Of a stretch of 64,000 bases of DNA, positions 39,345 to 49,596 are shown one piece after another (position 1 is the first letter of the stretch; the number at the start of each line of letters is the position of its first letter). Below the pieces are notes generated by a model, which saw only the letters and a program-made list of their open reading frames with translations, made no database searches and was not told the origin of the DNA. The position numbers were made by a program, and so were the translations under genes. The stretch spans positions 288,001-352,000 of the forward strand of contig CAVTCS010000003.1 of assembly GCA_963733295.1 (NCBI GenBank), in the 5' to 3' direction. The stretch comes from Vulcanimicrobiota bacterium. GTDB taxonomy: Bacteria > Vulcanimicrobiota > Vulcanimicrobiia > Vulcanimicrobiales > Vulcanimicrobiaceae.

Positions 39345-41009
39345 TTGGCTTTCACCTCGGGTCACGGCCGCTTCCGCGCCGCAAGGATCGCGTCGCTCGC
39401 GTGCGGGATCCTGCTCGCTTCTTGTGGCGGCGGGACGAACACGCCATCGAGAAGGGGGCCGACGCCGGCGGCAACGTCGACCGCGAATCTGACGCCGTCA
39501 CCCGCGGCGTCATCGAGTTCCTCGCCGGCGGCCACGCCGTTTGTTGCCCTGCATACGTATTTCTTGTCTCCGACCGGCAACGATGGTAACAACGGCACGT
39601 CCGCAACGGTTTGCGGTACGAATTGCGGTCCGTGGCGAACCCCAAAGCATTCGGTGCAGTGTGGCGATGTCATCATCACCGCAGCCGGTGCCTATTCGAC
39701 GGGCCAATTTGGAGTCGGATCTTGGGGCACCGTCAGCTCGTGTCCATCGACGACCGCAGGCATAAGCGGAACCGGCGGCATCTATTTTGCCACCGTGCTT
39801 TGTGCGGGACCAAAAATAACGAGTTGCAACGTGAACGGCGGTTCTAACGAAGCCTTTCGCATCGATCAGTCAAATTGGGCGGCCGAGGGGTTTTACGGTA
39901 CGCAGCTCGCCTCAGCAAATGGATCTTGCTTCTCGGCGACCTCCGAAACCAGCACGCCGCTACATCATATTGCTTTTATCAACGACATTGCCGTAAATTG
40001 CTCTCTCGCCGGATTCGATAGTTACTCCTGGAACGGCCTCACCGGCGGTGTCGACCAGCAAGCTGTGGTTGGAACGATCACCTTTAACGGGGCTCCAAGT
40101 ACCAACGGCGCCGGAATCTGTGGAAGCGGCATCTCGCTTATCCCGGTCAACGGCCCGGATGCGAGTGCCGGCACTCACGTCTTCGTCGCTGGCTCTTTTG
40201 CGTACAAGAACATCAACGCGCCAGTTGGTGCGGGATGCAACACGGATGGCGAAGGTTTGATCTTCGACTCATGGGGCATCCTTTCGTATCGCAATCAGGC
40301 AGTCGTCGAGCAGAATGCGTTCTGGGCGAACGGATCGGCCGGCTTTGAAGCGTTCCCGCAGGGCAACCACTCGTCACAGGATGAGGCGACCATCGTTCTT
40401 TTCAACAACACGACTTACGGAAATTATCAGGATCCGAAGAATCCGGGCGGCGCAGAACTGTTCTTCAACCAAATCTATCCCACGGGGACCGGCAGTTACA
40501 CAATCACAAACAATATCTTTGAAGCGACCGTGGGGAGCGCCGGAGACAACGGGACCACCACAGTCAGAGGCGCCGAAATCGACTGCGTCAACTCTTGTTC
40601 ACAAGTCGACATTAGCGGAAACTACATTTGGAATAATAACCCGCCGACCACGACCGCGACGGGTGGGGAGAATACGCACGCATGGATTAGCAACGTCGAT
40701 TCGGGCGCGGCGTGGCCGTGGGGGGCGAATACGTACAATGACCCCGGCCTCGCGAACCCTGGCGCTCTGCCGGCCGCCGCCCCCGATTGCTCCAGCTATG
40801 CGAACACGACGGCTTGCACGGTGGGCTTGGGCGTGGTCGCGGATCTCATGCCGAGCGGTGCCGCGGCGGGGAAAGGTTACCAGCCCCCAGGAGCGTGTAC
40901 CGCCGACGCATATTTCCCCACTTGGCTCAAGGGCGTCGTTTATCTATCCTGGGACGGATCGACCTTGGTCGAAAATGGTGGCCTAATAACGAAGCCCTGC
41001 AACCTGTAA
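39345..41009 (+). CDS. Cys-rich secreted lipoprotein, probable pectin-lyase-like beta-helix
   Basis: Lipobox LLASC; YFLSPTGNDGNNGT...PWRT; DGEGLIFD; repeated NN.F/N.TYGN. Confidence 0.7.
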   Translation: MAFTSGHGRFRAARIASLACGILLASCGGGTNTPSRRGPTPAATSTANLTPSPAASSSSSPAATPFVALHTYFLSPTGNDGNNGTSATVCGTNCGPWRTPKHSVQCGDVIITAAGAYSTGQFGVGSWGTVSSCPSTTAGISGTGGIYFATVLCAGPKITSCNVNGGSNEAFRIDQSNWAAEGFYGTQLASANGSCFSATSETSTPLHHIAFINDIAVNCSLAGFDSYSWNGLTGGVDQQAVVGTITFNGAPSTNGAGICGSGISLIPVNGPDASAGTHVFVAGSFAYKNINAPVGAGCNTDGEGLIFDSWGILSYRNQAVVEQNAFWANGSAGFEAFPQGNHSSQDEATIVLFNNTTYGNYQDPKNPGGAELFFNQIYPTGTGSYTITNNIFEATVGSAGDNGTTTVRGAEIDCVNSCSQVDISGNYIWNNNPPTTTATGGENTHAWISNVDSGAAWPWGANTYNDPGLANPGALPAAAPDCSSYANTTACTVGLGVVADLMPSGAAAGKGYQPPGACTADAYFPTWLKGVVYLSWDGSTLVENGGLITKPCNL

Positions 41010-41072
41010 GAAGAACATCGATGCGCGCTGTTCGCTGACCTTCGGACTGCAATGACAGGTGCGTCTTCGTTA

Positions 41073-44000
41073 CTAACGCCGGCTCCGGATAGTCAGTCCG
41101 ACGATCGCTGCCGCAGTTCCGGCGAGAACGAACAACCCGATCGTGCCGTGCTTGGCGGCCCGGGCCGATTCAGCTTGGATTTGCGGCATATAGCGCAACT
41201 CGGGCAGCGGATCGTTCGTTTTTCTCCCGCCGCCGTCGATGGCCATCTTCAAGACTTGTGCCGGATGCAGTGCCTGTCGATTCGTCGTCTGCGAAATCTG
41301 CTCCCGGCAACTGAATCCGTCGGCGACGATTATCGTCTGCTGCTCGGCGGCACGCACTCGCGGCAGCAGCGCCCGCTCGCCGATCGCCATCGACACCGCG
41401 TAGTGCGCGGCATCGAATCCGAACGGTCCCGCCATCCCGCAACACCCGGTGTCGGGCCTTTCGTAGTCGAGCTCGAGTGCATCGAACAGTTTGGTCTCGC
41501 CGGAATCGTCCAGAATCGACTTATGATGGCAATGCTCTTGCACGAGTGCCTTACGATGTAAAGGCGGTGGCACGAATTGAGGCGCCTTCTGCGCGAGAAA
41601 CTCGGTCAAGAGATACGTCTGCGCCTTCAGCCGCTTCGCATCTTCATCGGGCCCGAGCAGGTTGGTCATCTCGTCGCGGAAGACCGACACGCAGCTGGGC
41701 TCGAGTCCGACGACGCACACGCCCTCGCGGATCTGCGGCCGCAGCGCCTCCAGTACTTCTTGCAACATGCTTTTCGCTAGGTCGAGCATCCCGTAATCGT
41801 AGAGGGGACGCCCGCAACACAGCTGCACGGCCGGTATAGTGACCTGGAATCCCGCATTTTCCAGAACCTCGACTGCAGCTTGGGCCGTGGTCGGATGAAA
41901 GTGATTGTTCCAGGTGTCGGGCCACAGAATGACACGCTGCTTGCCGACGTTCCGAAGCGGGCGCTGCGCGAACCACGCGCGGAACGTCTGCGGCGCGAAG
42001 AGCGGAAGCGAGCGTTCGGGTGCGATCGAGATCAGCGCCTTCGCGATTTCACGCAAGCCCGGCGTCTGCGTGAGGGCGTTCGCCACGCCGGGAGCGCGCG
42101 AAGCGATTCGCGCCCACCAATACATCAGGCCGAACGCGAAGGCTGCGAGCGGACGTCGCTTGCCTTCGTAATAGTGGGAAAGAAATTCGGCCTTGTAGGT
42201 TGCCATGTCGACGTTGACCGGGCATTCGCCCTTACAGCCCTTACACGACAAACACAGATCGAGCGCGTCTTTGACGCCTTCGTCCTGCCAGCCGTTTCCG
42301 ATTGGATTGCCTTCGAGCATCTCGAACAGCAACCGCGCGCGCCCACGCGTTGAGTAGGCCTCTTCCTTTGTCGCCATGTAGCTCGGGCACATCGTTCCAG
42401 CGTCGTGCTTACGGCACTTGCCCGTTCCGATGCAACGGTTCGCGGCATTTGCGAAGCTGCCGTTGTCGTCTTCAAATGTAAAGTGCGTTCTAGGTTCCCA
42501 CGGCTCGTATTCGGTGCCCCAGCGCAGGTTTTGATCGAGCTTGTGGGGATGCACGACCTTGCCCGGGTTCATCTTGTGCTGCGGGTCCCAGATCGTCTTG
42601 AACTCCCAGAACGCCTGCATCAGGTCGTCGCCATACATGATGGGCAACAACTCTCCGCGCGCCTGACCGTCCCCGTGCTCGCCGGAGAGCGAGCCGCCGT
42701 GAGCCACGCAAATGTGCGCCATCTTGGTAACGAACTCGCGGAATTTCGCGATGCCGGGCGCGGTGAAGAGATCGAAGTTGATGCTGACGTGCAGGCAAGC
42801 CTGTCCGAAGTGCCCGTAGATCGAACCTTTGTAGCCGTACTCGTCGAGCATCGCCCCAAACGCGCGAAGGTAATCCCCCAGGCGCTTGGGATCGACGGCG
42901 GAGTCTTCCCAACCCGGATAGTAGTCCGCCTCATTTGGAACCTTCGCGGTCGCACCCAATGCGTTATCGCGCAATTTCCAAAAACGCGCCTGCTCATCGT
43001 GGTCGTCGAACAGTCGCATCGAGGGCGGGTTAGGGCGTCCCTTGAACGCCTCGAGGAGGCCGCGCGCGCGAGCGGCGGCCGACTCCTTCGTGTCGCCGCC
43101 GAACTCGCAAATCAACCAGCCCTCACCCGGCGGAAACATCGAGCGGCCGGAGTCCGGGTGGCCCTCTTTGCGCTCGAGGAAGCCGAACATCGTTGCCGAT
43201 ATGCCCTCGAGCGCGATCGGACCGTGCTCGCTGCAAAATGGAACCTCGTCGGCCGCACTGCTCAAATCGGGAAAACCGAAGATCGCGATCGCGCGATGGG
43301 GCGGGCTATCCACGAGTCGAACGGTCGCGTCGACGATGGTGACGCAAGTGCTCTCGGTGCCGACCAAAGCGCGCGCGACGTTGAAGCCATTCTCAGGGAG
43401 CAATTCGTTCAGCGGAAAACCCGAAACGCGGCGGGGAATGGCGGGGAATCTCTCGCGAATTCGGTCGGCGTACTTGTCGCGCAAGGCTTTGAGTTGCCGG
43501 TAGATGTCGCCCCTGCGGCCGCCGGCGGCGATGATTCGCTCGAGCTCATCATCAGATGTCCGGCCGACCCGTAGCCGCAGGCCATCGTACGTGACGACCT
43601 CGAGCTCCTCAACGTTCTCTTCGGTCTTGCCGGCCATCTGGGCGTGCATGCCGCACGAATTGTTACCGATCATCCCCCCGAACGTGTTGCGATCGTGGGT
43701 TGCCGGATCGGGTCCAAACGTGAGGTGACGCTCCTCGGCCTTCTTGCGCAGGTCGTCGTTGATGCAGCCAGGCTGAACCCGAGCGGTGCGGCCCTGCCAA
43801 TCGATCTCGAGGATCGCATTCATGTACTTGCTGAAATCGAGAACGACGGCGACGTTACAGGTTTGACCGGCGAGGCTGGTCCCGCCGCCGCGCGAAAAGA
43901 CCGGCGCTCCGAATTTGCGACAGACCGCTAGGGCTCGCTCGACGTCTTCGGCATCCTTGGGAACGACGACCCCGATCGGTACTTGCCGGTAGTTCGAAGC

Positions 44001-44201
44001 ATCGGTCGCGTACATCGCGCGAGTGCTCGAATCGAAACGAACCTCGCCGCGCACGCTGCTGCATAGCTCGGCCTCCAGTCCGGCAGCATCGACGTCGGCC
44101 TGCTCGACCGAACCGGATCGCTGAGTGGCCTTCGGGCGTTCGCCGTCACGGCCGCCGCCCGCTGTCGCAACGGCTTTGAGAATGCGGATCATGCATTCCA
44201 A
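41073..44201 (-). CDS. FAD-linked oxidase fused to 4Fe-4S/CCG domains (GlcD-GlcF / YdiJ-like)
   Basis: RGGGTSLAGQ, SGEHGDG, CIGTGKC, CLSCKGCKGECP, CCGRP and CCGMAG. Confidence 0.92.
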   Translation of the reverse strand: MECMIRILKAVATAGGGRDGERPKATQRSGSVEQADVDAAGLEAELCSSVRGEVRFDSSTRAMYATDASNYRQVPIGVVVPKDAEDVERALAVCRKFGAPVFSRGGGTSLAGQTCNVAVVLDFSKYMNAILEIDWQGRTARVQPGCINDDLRKKAEERHLTFGPDPATHDRNTFGGMIGNNSCGMHAQMAGKTEENVEELEVVTYDGLRLRVGRTSDDELERIIAAGGRRGDIYRQLKALRDKYADRIRERFPAIPRRVSGFPLNELLPENGFNVARALVGTESTCVTIVDATVRLVDSPPHRAIAIFGFPDLSSAADEVPFCSEHGPIALEGISATMFGFLERKEGHPDSGRSMFPPGEGWLICEFGGDTKESAAARARGLLEAFKGRPNPPSMRLFDDHDEQARFWKLRDNALGATAKVPNEADYYPGWEDSAVDPKRLGDYLRAFGAMLDEYGYKGSIYGHFGQACLHVSINFDLFTAPGIAKFREFVTKMAHICVAHGGSLSGEHGDGQARGELLPIMYGDDLMQAFWEFKTIWDPQHKMNPGKVVHPHKLDQNLRWGTEYEPWEPRTHFTFEDDNGSFANAANRCIGTGKCRKHDAGTMCPSYMATKEEAYSTRGRARLLFEMLEGNPIGNGWQDEGVKDALDLCLSCKGCKGECPVNVDMATYKAEFLSHYYEGKRRPLAAFAFGLMYWWARIASRAPGVANALTQTPGLREIAKALISIAPERSLPLFAPQTFRAWFAQRPLRNVGKQRVILWPDTWNNHFHPTTAQAAVEVLENAGFQVTIPAVQLCCGRPLYDYGMLDLAKSMLQEVLEALRPQIREGVCVVGLEPSCVSVFRDEMTNLLGPDEDAKRLKAQTYLLTEFLAQKAPQFVPPPLHRKALVQEHCHHKSILDDSGETKLFDALELDYERPDTGCCGMAGPFGFDAAHYAVSMAIGERALLPRVRAAEQQTIIVADGFSCREQISQTTNRQALHPAQVLKMAIDGGGRKTNDPLPELRYMPQIQAESARAAKHGTIGLFVLAGTAAAIVGLTIRSRR

Positions 44202-44315
44202 ACCATAATGGGGATTTGGCCCTCGCGCCTCGGACAGCTCGTTTTAAGCGAATGGTCGCCGGGTAGAAGAAGAATACCTCTGCGGGGGAGCGTGGAAGGA
44301 GGACGGGACCGCGGG

Positions 44316-45668
44316 ATGAGTCACGCGCAAAGTCCGTCGTCGCAAGTTAGTCTTCGGACCGAAGAAACCGACGCGGTCGGGCGCGATCAGAGCCGCGAGA
44401 TAGCGCTGAAGGTGTTGCGTCAAGTCTTCGCGGACGCGTACGCGCGAGACTTCGCGATCCGGTTGTGGGACGATTCAATCGTTCCGGCTCGAACTCCGGA
44501 GCGCTTCGTGTTGCGGATCAATGCGCCGTTCGCGCTGCGAGCCGCTTTCATGCCGCCCTTCGAACTCAATGCCGGCGCCGCGTTTGTGCGCGGCTGGATC
44601 GACGTCGATGGAGATCTCGAGGCGGCGGTGGACGCAATGATGCGCGCAACAGCATCGCTCTCGGCGCTAAGCGCGTCACTCCTTGCCGCGCGGCTGCTGC
44701 GTCTTCCTAAGCCTCCGCAGGTAACCCTGAAGGATCGCGCCGCGCACCTTCGCGGAAGAATTCACTCGCATCGACGCGATGCCGAAGCGATCGCGTTCCA
44801 CTACGATCAACCGGTGTCGTTTTATCGAACCTTCCTCGATCCAGCTTTAGTGTATTCGTGTGCTTATTGGGACGAGGGCGTGCGCACCCTCGCCGACGCG
44901 CAAACGGCAAAGATCGACTACATCCTGCGCAAGGTCCGTCTAAAACCGGGCGAGCGGGTACTCGACGTCGGCTGCGGCTGGGGAGGCTTGATCGTGCGGG
45001 CGGCGGAACGGTTCGGCGCGCGCGCCGTCGGGATCACGCTCAGTCAGCAGCAATACGAAGAAGCGCAGCGTCGCATTCGCGCGAAGGGACTCGATGGTCG
45101 CTGCTCCGTTGAGCTCCGCGACTATCGCGAACTTGGAGACCGGACCTTCGACAAGATCGTCAGTGTCGGTATGGTCGAACACGTCGGGCGCGATTGCTTG
45201 AACGAGTATTTCTCCACGCTCTGGAAGGCGTTGCGGCCCGGCGGGCTCTTCCTCAACCACGGAATCGCGGAACAGAGTGAAGGGCGGCGCGGTGGCAAGG
45301 CGACGGGGTTCATCGCGCACTACGTCTTTCCGGACGGCGAGCTGGTAGCCTTGGGCGACCGGCTTGCGATCGCCGAGCGCGTCGGATTCGAAGTGCGTGA
45401 TGTCGAGAGCCTTCGCGAGCACTACGCTCGCACTTTACGCGCGTGGGTGGCCAACCTCGAATGCAACCGCCGCGAGGTTGTCGGCGCAAGCGACGAGATG
45501 ACGTACCGCATTTGGCGTCTGTATCTCGCGGGGAGTGCCCAGGGCTTCGCAAGCGGGCGGCTTGGCGTTTTCCAGTCTCTGCTCGCAAAACCAACCACCG
45601 ACGGTCGCACGGCCTGTCCTCCTACGCGCCAGGATCTTTATCTCGATCGACCTTGCTATGCTGGGTAA
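44316..45668 (+). CDS. cfa: Cyclopropane-fatty-acyl-phospholipid synthase family methyltransferase
   Basis: FHYD, YSCAYW, LDVGCGWG, SVGMVEHVG and HYARTL..W. Confidence 0.88.
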   Translation: MSHAQSPSSQVSLRTEETDAVGRDQSREIALKVLRQVFADAYARDFAIRLWDDSIVPARTPERFVLRINAPFALRAAFMPPFELNAGAAFVRGWIDVDGDLEAAVDAMMRATASLSALSASLLAARLLRLPKPPQVTLKDRAAHLRGRIHSHRRDAEAIAFHYDQPVSFYRTFLDPALVYSCAYWDEGVRTLADAQTAKIDYILRKVRLKPGERVLDVGCGWGGLIVRAAERFGARAVGITLSQQQYEEAQRRIRAKGLDGRCSVELRDYRELGDRTFDKIVSVGMVEHVGRDCLNEYFSTLWKALRPGGLFLNHGIAEQSEGRRGGKATGFIAHYVFPDGELVALGDRLAIAERVGFEVRDVESLREHYARTLRAWVANLECNRREVVGASDEMTYRIWRLYLAGSAQGFASGRLGVFQSLLAKPTTDGRTACPPTRQDLYLDRPCYAG

Positions 45669-45685
45669 GCGATGCTAGGCGGCGT

Positions 45686-46273
45686 TTACGCAAACCGCGC
45701 CTCGCGTTCGTTCTTGAAAACTCTGCGCAACTCATCGATGGTTTTAAGCGCTTTCTTGTGAGATGTCGTACCCTTTAGGTCGATATCGTTGCCCTCGGCT
45801 GCCGAATATTCGGTGAGAAATCGTTCGATGCCGACGAGTTTTTCTTTTGGAAGATCGTCGATGTCTTCGAATATGTCCGTCGACAGCGCCACGCCGGGCT
45901 TGCGTGTTGGACACGCTACGATCCGGTCATTCTCTTCTCCATCTTTTACGAGCTGAATCGAGCCAAGCACGCGCACCTCAAGCATACATCCCGAGAACGT
46001 AGGCTCGTCATTCAAGATCAGGACGTCGAGAGGGTCGCCGTCGTCTGCGAGCGTCTGCGGGATAAACCCATAATCGTACGGCCAGCGCAGCCCTTCTGCG
46101 AGGGTGGCTTTGAGGAGCATTATTCCATATTTCGGCTCAAACGCATATTTGTGCCGGGTCAATGCGGGTGTTTCCACGACGGCGTAGACGACGCCGTCCG
46201 GCTCACCAGGCGGATACGTCGGAATCTCGTCATAATTTGTCGGATTGACTTTCCGGTGATCGTTTTTGCCCAT
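45686..46273 (-). CDS. ppa: Inorganic diphosphatase family protein
   Basis: YDYGFIPQTLADDGDPLDV and ENDRIV. Confidence 0.85.
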   Translation of the reverse strand: MGKNDHRKVNPTNYDEIPTYPPGEPDGVVYAVVETPALTRHKYAFEPKYGIMLLKATLAEGLRWPYDYGFIPQTLADDGDPLDVLILNDEPTFSGCMLEVRVLGSIQLVKDGEENDRIVACPTRKPGVALSTDIFEDIDDLPKEKLVGIERFLTEYSAAEGNDIDLKGTTSHKKALKTIDELRRVFKNEREARFA

Positions 46274-46286
46274 CCGACCAGCGTAG

Positions 46287-46367
46287 CTAGTGGCCTACGC
46301 CTAAGAGGAAGAGAATGAGGATCAGGCCGAGCGGCACGCCCAGCAACCACAAGAGAATCAGAATCAC
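46287..46367 (-). CDS. 26-aa hydrophobic small protein, not in ORF track
   Basis: GGAGG SD and GTGA coupling; MILILLWLLGVPLGLILILFLLGVGH*. Confidence 0.6.
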   Translation of the reverse strand: MILILLWLLGVPLGLILILFLLGVGH

Positions 46368-46969
46368 GATTGAGTCCTCCGTTCGGGTGCAGAATACATC
46401 GCCTTCCGCGTGCGATGGTGCGTGAAGCTCATAGGCTCACCGGAGGCTAGCCAACCGCCGATCACGGTTCCAACTAGCCCAAGCAGAATTGTCATGAGCG
46501 CCGCGAGCGCCGTATCCCGAATGGCTTCCGGCGACGCCGTCGCAGCCGCGGCGTTCGCAAGCGGCAGGCTCGTGAGCCCTCCGGACCAGCCGCCGAAAGC
46601 ATTGCCCGAGCCTGCCGCCAACAAGATGATGAGGAGCGGCAAAGAGACGAGCCAACTGACAGCCGCGTGAAGAATGGACGGCTCTGCGTGCCGACTGCCG
46701 GCGATCTTTCCCGCCACCCAGCCTCCGCACACGAACGCAAAAAATGCGGAGACGACGGCCACGATGACATCGAGACGTGAGACCGCTTGCCATGTCGAGA
46801 TCGATCGAGACGATGACGCGCCCAGTGCGGTCCCTACAAGCCCAAGGATGAGCCCCGCAGCCAGCGCAGCCAGGGCACCGATCCAGACGGCGCTCCAGTT
46901 CACGGGCCAAGGCGTCCAGACCGCTATTTCTCCGCCCGCGACCTCGTGCGCGACTGTCCTCTGCTGCAT
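46364..46969 (-). CDS. Four-TM membrane protein (YrzE/TIGR04086-like)
   Basis: VNWSAVWIGA, GGWVAGKIAG and LHAAVSW. Confidence 0.7.
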   Translation of the reverse strand: MQQRTVAHEVAGGEIAVWTPWPVNWSAVWIGALAALAAGLILGLVGTALGASSSRSISTWQAVSRLDVIVAVVSAFFAFVCGGWVAGKIAGSRHAEPSILHAAVSWLVSLPLLIILLAAGSGNAFGGWSGGLTSLPLANAAAATASPEAIRDTALAALMTILLGLVGTVIGGWLASGEPMSFTHHRTRKAMYSAPERRTQS

Positions 46970-47079
46970 GTTCCCGTCTCTCTCTAGGCCTTGATTCATT
47001 GCAACCATGGCTACCCGTGAAGCTGAGCGATGAAACCAAATGATGCGATCGCACGCGCGTCATCTTTCGGCCGAATCGT

Positions 47080-48312
47080 TTGACTTCCATCAAACGCGGG
47101 CACAATGGGGCCGAACGTAAGGGCAAGCCGGTCGGGGCCGCCGCAACAGCGAGACGTTCTTGCGGTCTTTTCGTACTCTGGAGGCTGAACCTGAAACAAT
47201 TGCGGCCGGCCGACGAGAACGAACGTCTTCCGTGGCAACGGGAAATCGTTTACGCTTTACAAATCGCGGCGCTTTTAGCTGCCGCGATCTACATCTTGAC
47301 GAACATCTCGGGCTTTTTGAGCCGAATCCAGACCTTTGTGGCGATCATCGTCGGCGCCATCTTCGTCGCGTACGCCGTCAAGCCGGCGGTGAATTGGCTG
47401 GAGAAGCGCTGCCCACGCAATGTGGCAATCGCAATCACGTATTTCGGCTTAGTAGCATTCCTCGCGGCCACGACGGCAATCGTCGTCCCAAGCTTTGTCG
47501 AAGGCGTGAATCAGTTCATAAATGAAGTGCCGCACGCGACCGCTGCATACCACGCGCAAATTGCGGCCGCGACCTGGGTGCACCGTCTACCTTCTGGTGT
47601 TGGTAACGCGATCTTACACGTGCCCGAGCGACTCGCCGGTTTGCTAGGAAACCCAGGAGTTGAAGCGACGACGGGGGTCGTGGCATTTGCCGTTTCGGCC
47701 GTTTCTGCCGTACTCGTTGTGGTGGTCATTCCGATCCTTGCAGTGTACCTGCTTCTCGAAGCCGGCACGTTACGGCGAGCAGCTCTTTGGTTGACGCCTC
47801 CGGCCGCTCGTTTGCCGATCGCGCGCGTCGGTCGCGAGATCGACCTTATGATCGGGAACTTCATTCGAGGCCAATTCATCGTCGCGCTCATCGTCGCGGC
47901 GATGATGACCACGCTTTTGCTCGTCCTACGAATAAAGTATGCAATCCTGATCGGTGTGCTCGCCGGATTTCTCGACGTGATTCCTTACGCGGGGGCTGTA
48001 GCTGGCTGGCTGCCGGCATTTGCGATCGCGCTTTTCACGAATGGTTGGGAAAGCGCGCTGCTGGTGACGCTGGGGATCATCGCAATCAATCAAATTGAGG
48101 GGAACGTACTCGTGCCACGGATCATCGGCGAAAGGGTGGACTTGTCGCCGCTGACGGTGATCGTCGCTTTGTTTATCGGAGGCGAGTTGCTTGGGATTCT
48201 GGGGCTGCTGATCGCCGTTCCAGCGGTCGCTATTTTCCGCATCGTCGGCGAGAAACTCGTTGAGGAGACCGTTTCCTCCGGCCGGGAGGACGCTAAGAAT
48301 GTTCCCCGCTAA
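47080..48312 (+). CDS. AI-2E family transporter
   Basis: FIRGQ, IPYAG, QIEGNVLVPRIIG..V.LSP and GLLIAVP. True start is probably downstream of 47080. Confidence 0.88.
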   Translation: MTSIKRGHNGAERKGKPVGAAATARRSCGLFVLWRLNLKQLRPADENERLPWQREIVYALQIAALLAAAIYILTNISGFLSRIQTFVAIIVGAIFVAYAVKPAVNWLEKRCPRNVAIAITYFGLVAFLAATTAIVVPSFVEGVNQFINEVPHATAAYHAQIAAATWVHRLPSGVGNAILHVPERLAGLLGNPGVEATTGVVAFAVSAVSAVLVVVVIPILAVYLLLEAGTLRRAALWLTPPAARLPIARVGREIDLMIGNFIRGQFIVALIVAAMMTTLLLVLRIKYAILIGVLAGFLDVIPYAGAVAGWLPAFAIALFTNGWESALLVTLGIIAINQIEGNVLVPRIIGERVDLSPLTVIVALFIGGELLGILGLLIAVPAVAIFRIVGEKLVEETVSSGREDAKNVPR

Positions 48313-49403
48313 CGGATCGCGAGACCGCGAAGGTTATTGAGGCCAGTGTTGCTGCCCGAAATATTTTGAACCGGCGCGACGTTGCCGTTCGCGCCGGGTG
48401 CAAAAACCAAAATCGAATTGTTGACCGCGTCGCCGACATAGATGTAACCCGACGCGTCGACCGCAATTGCGGCCGGGTACGAGAGCAGCGTGTTCGCGCC
48501 CGAAATCACGCGCGACGGTGCCACGTTCCCGTTGCTTCCGGCCGCGAAGACCAGAACCTCATGGCCACCGGGATTCGCGACGTAGATGTTGGCGGCGCTG
48601 TCGAGCGTGAGGCCTAAGGGCGAACTTAGCAGCGTGGCAGAGCCGGTGATGATCTGCACCGGCACGGCGTTGCCGCTCGCTCCGGCCGCGAATATGTCCA
48701 CGCTCGCTTGGTTGAAGTTCGTTACGTAGATGTTGGAGCTTCCGTCCAACCATATGCCGGCGGGTTGCCCGCCATTGAAGGTCGTGTTCGAGCCGGCGAT
48801 GACGTTTGCGGGAGCGACGTTGCCGTTCGATTCGGGTGAAAAGATGCGAATCGATCCGTCCACGTCGCTGCCGGCGTCGGTCACGAAGATCGTCCCGGCA
48901 GCGGTCGTATAGACCCCGATCGGGATGGCGAAGCCCGTGTTCAAACCCGCCAGCGAGACGATGGGCGCCGCGCTTCCGCTCGCACCCGGCGCGTAGGCTG
49001 TCACCGTTGCGAGCAGACGGTTTGCCGACCACAAGTCACCGGAACCATCGACATAGATCAGGTAGGGTGCGAGAACGCCGCTTCCGGTAAGGGTCGTGGT
49101 TGGGGCGAGATTCCCGGTCCCGGTCGCGGGAAACGACACGACGTTGCTCGCGCCGAAATTTCCGATGAAGATCGACGCCGGCCGAGCTAGCGCCGTGGCC
49201 GTCGCCGTCGGCGTCGGGCTCGCGGTTGCCGTTGGCCGTGCCGTGGGGCTCACGCTCGGCCTTGGCGTCGGCGTAGTGCCGCTGATCGGTTGCGCGGGAG
49301 CAGCCGAGCCGCCGCATCCGCTCACGACACCGGCGGCGACCGCGAGGGCCGCGATTGTGAGGAAGGCACGAACGTTTGGGTGCTTCGATTGCTTTAGGCC
49401 CAT
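48309..49403 (-). CDS. NHL-repeat beta-propeller lipoprotein
   Basis: Lipobox VSGC; PT-rich linker; about six repeats of F..G..GN.AP...I.G..T.L..P. Confidence 0.85.
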   Translation of the reverse strand: MGLKQSKHPNVRAFLTIAALAVAAGVVSGCGGSAAPAQPISGTTPTPRPSVSPTARPTATASPTPTATATALARPASIFIGNFGASNVVSFPATGTGNLAPTTTLTGSGVLAPYLIYVDGSGDLWSANRLLATVTAYAPGASGSAAPIVSLAGLNTGFAIPIGVYTTAAGTIFVTDAGSDVDGSIRIFSPESNGNVAPANVIAGSNTTFNGGQPAGIWLDGSSNIYVTNFNQASVDIFAAGASGNAVPVQIITGSATLLSSPLGLTLDSAANIYVANPGGHEVLVFAAGSNGNVAPSRVISGANTLLSYPAAIAVDASGYIYVGDAVNNSILVFAPGANGNVAPVQNISGSNTGLNNLRGLAIR

Positions 49404-49569
49404 GCGTTACACGTCGTTCCTTCGGGGACGCTAATCGCCCCAAAACATGAAGGGCGGCGGAGCTTGCGGGCCGCCGCTCCTTACCCGAAAGTACCACGTC
49501 CGTGTCCGCGGACCTGGCCAAGGGGACGGTGAGCGGCCAGCTGGGATTCGATATCGAGAAAAGGTCTTC

Positions 49570-49593
49570 TCAATTATTCGATTGAATAGTTGA
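49570..49593. promoter_or_regulatory. Inverted repeat, candidate ArsR-family operator
   Basis: TCAATTATTC-gatt-GAATAGTTGA (10 bp arms, one mismatch), AT-rich, 3 bp before the ATG of the ArsR gene. Confidence 0.7.
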
Positions 49594-49596
49594 ATA

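Noticed and set aside
48309..49200. Repetitive DNA pattern
   Set aside because: Explained by protein-level NHL repeats; not CRISPR or a DNA repeat array.
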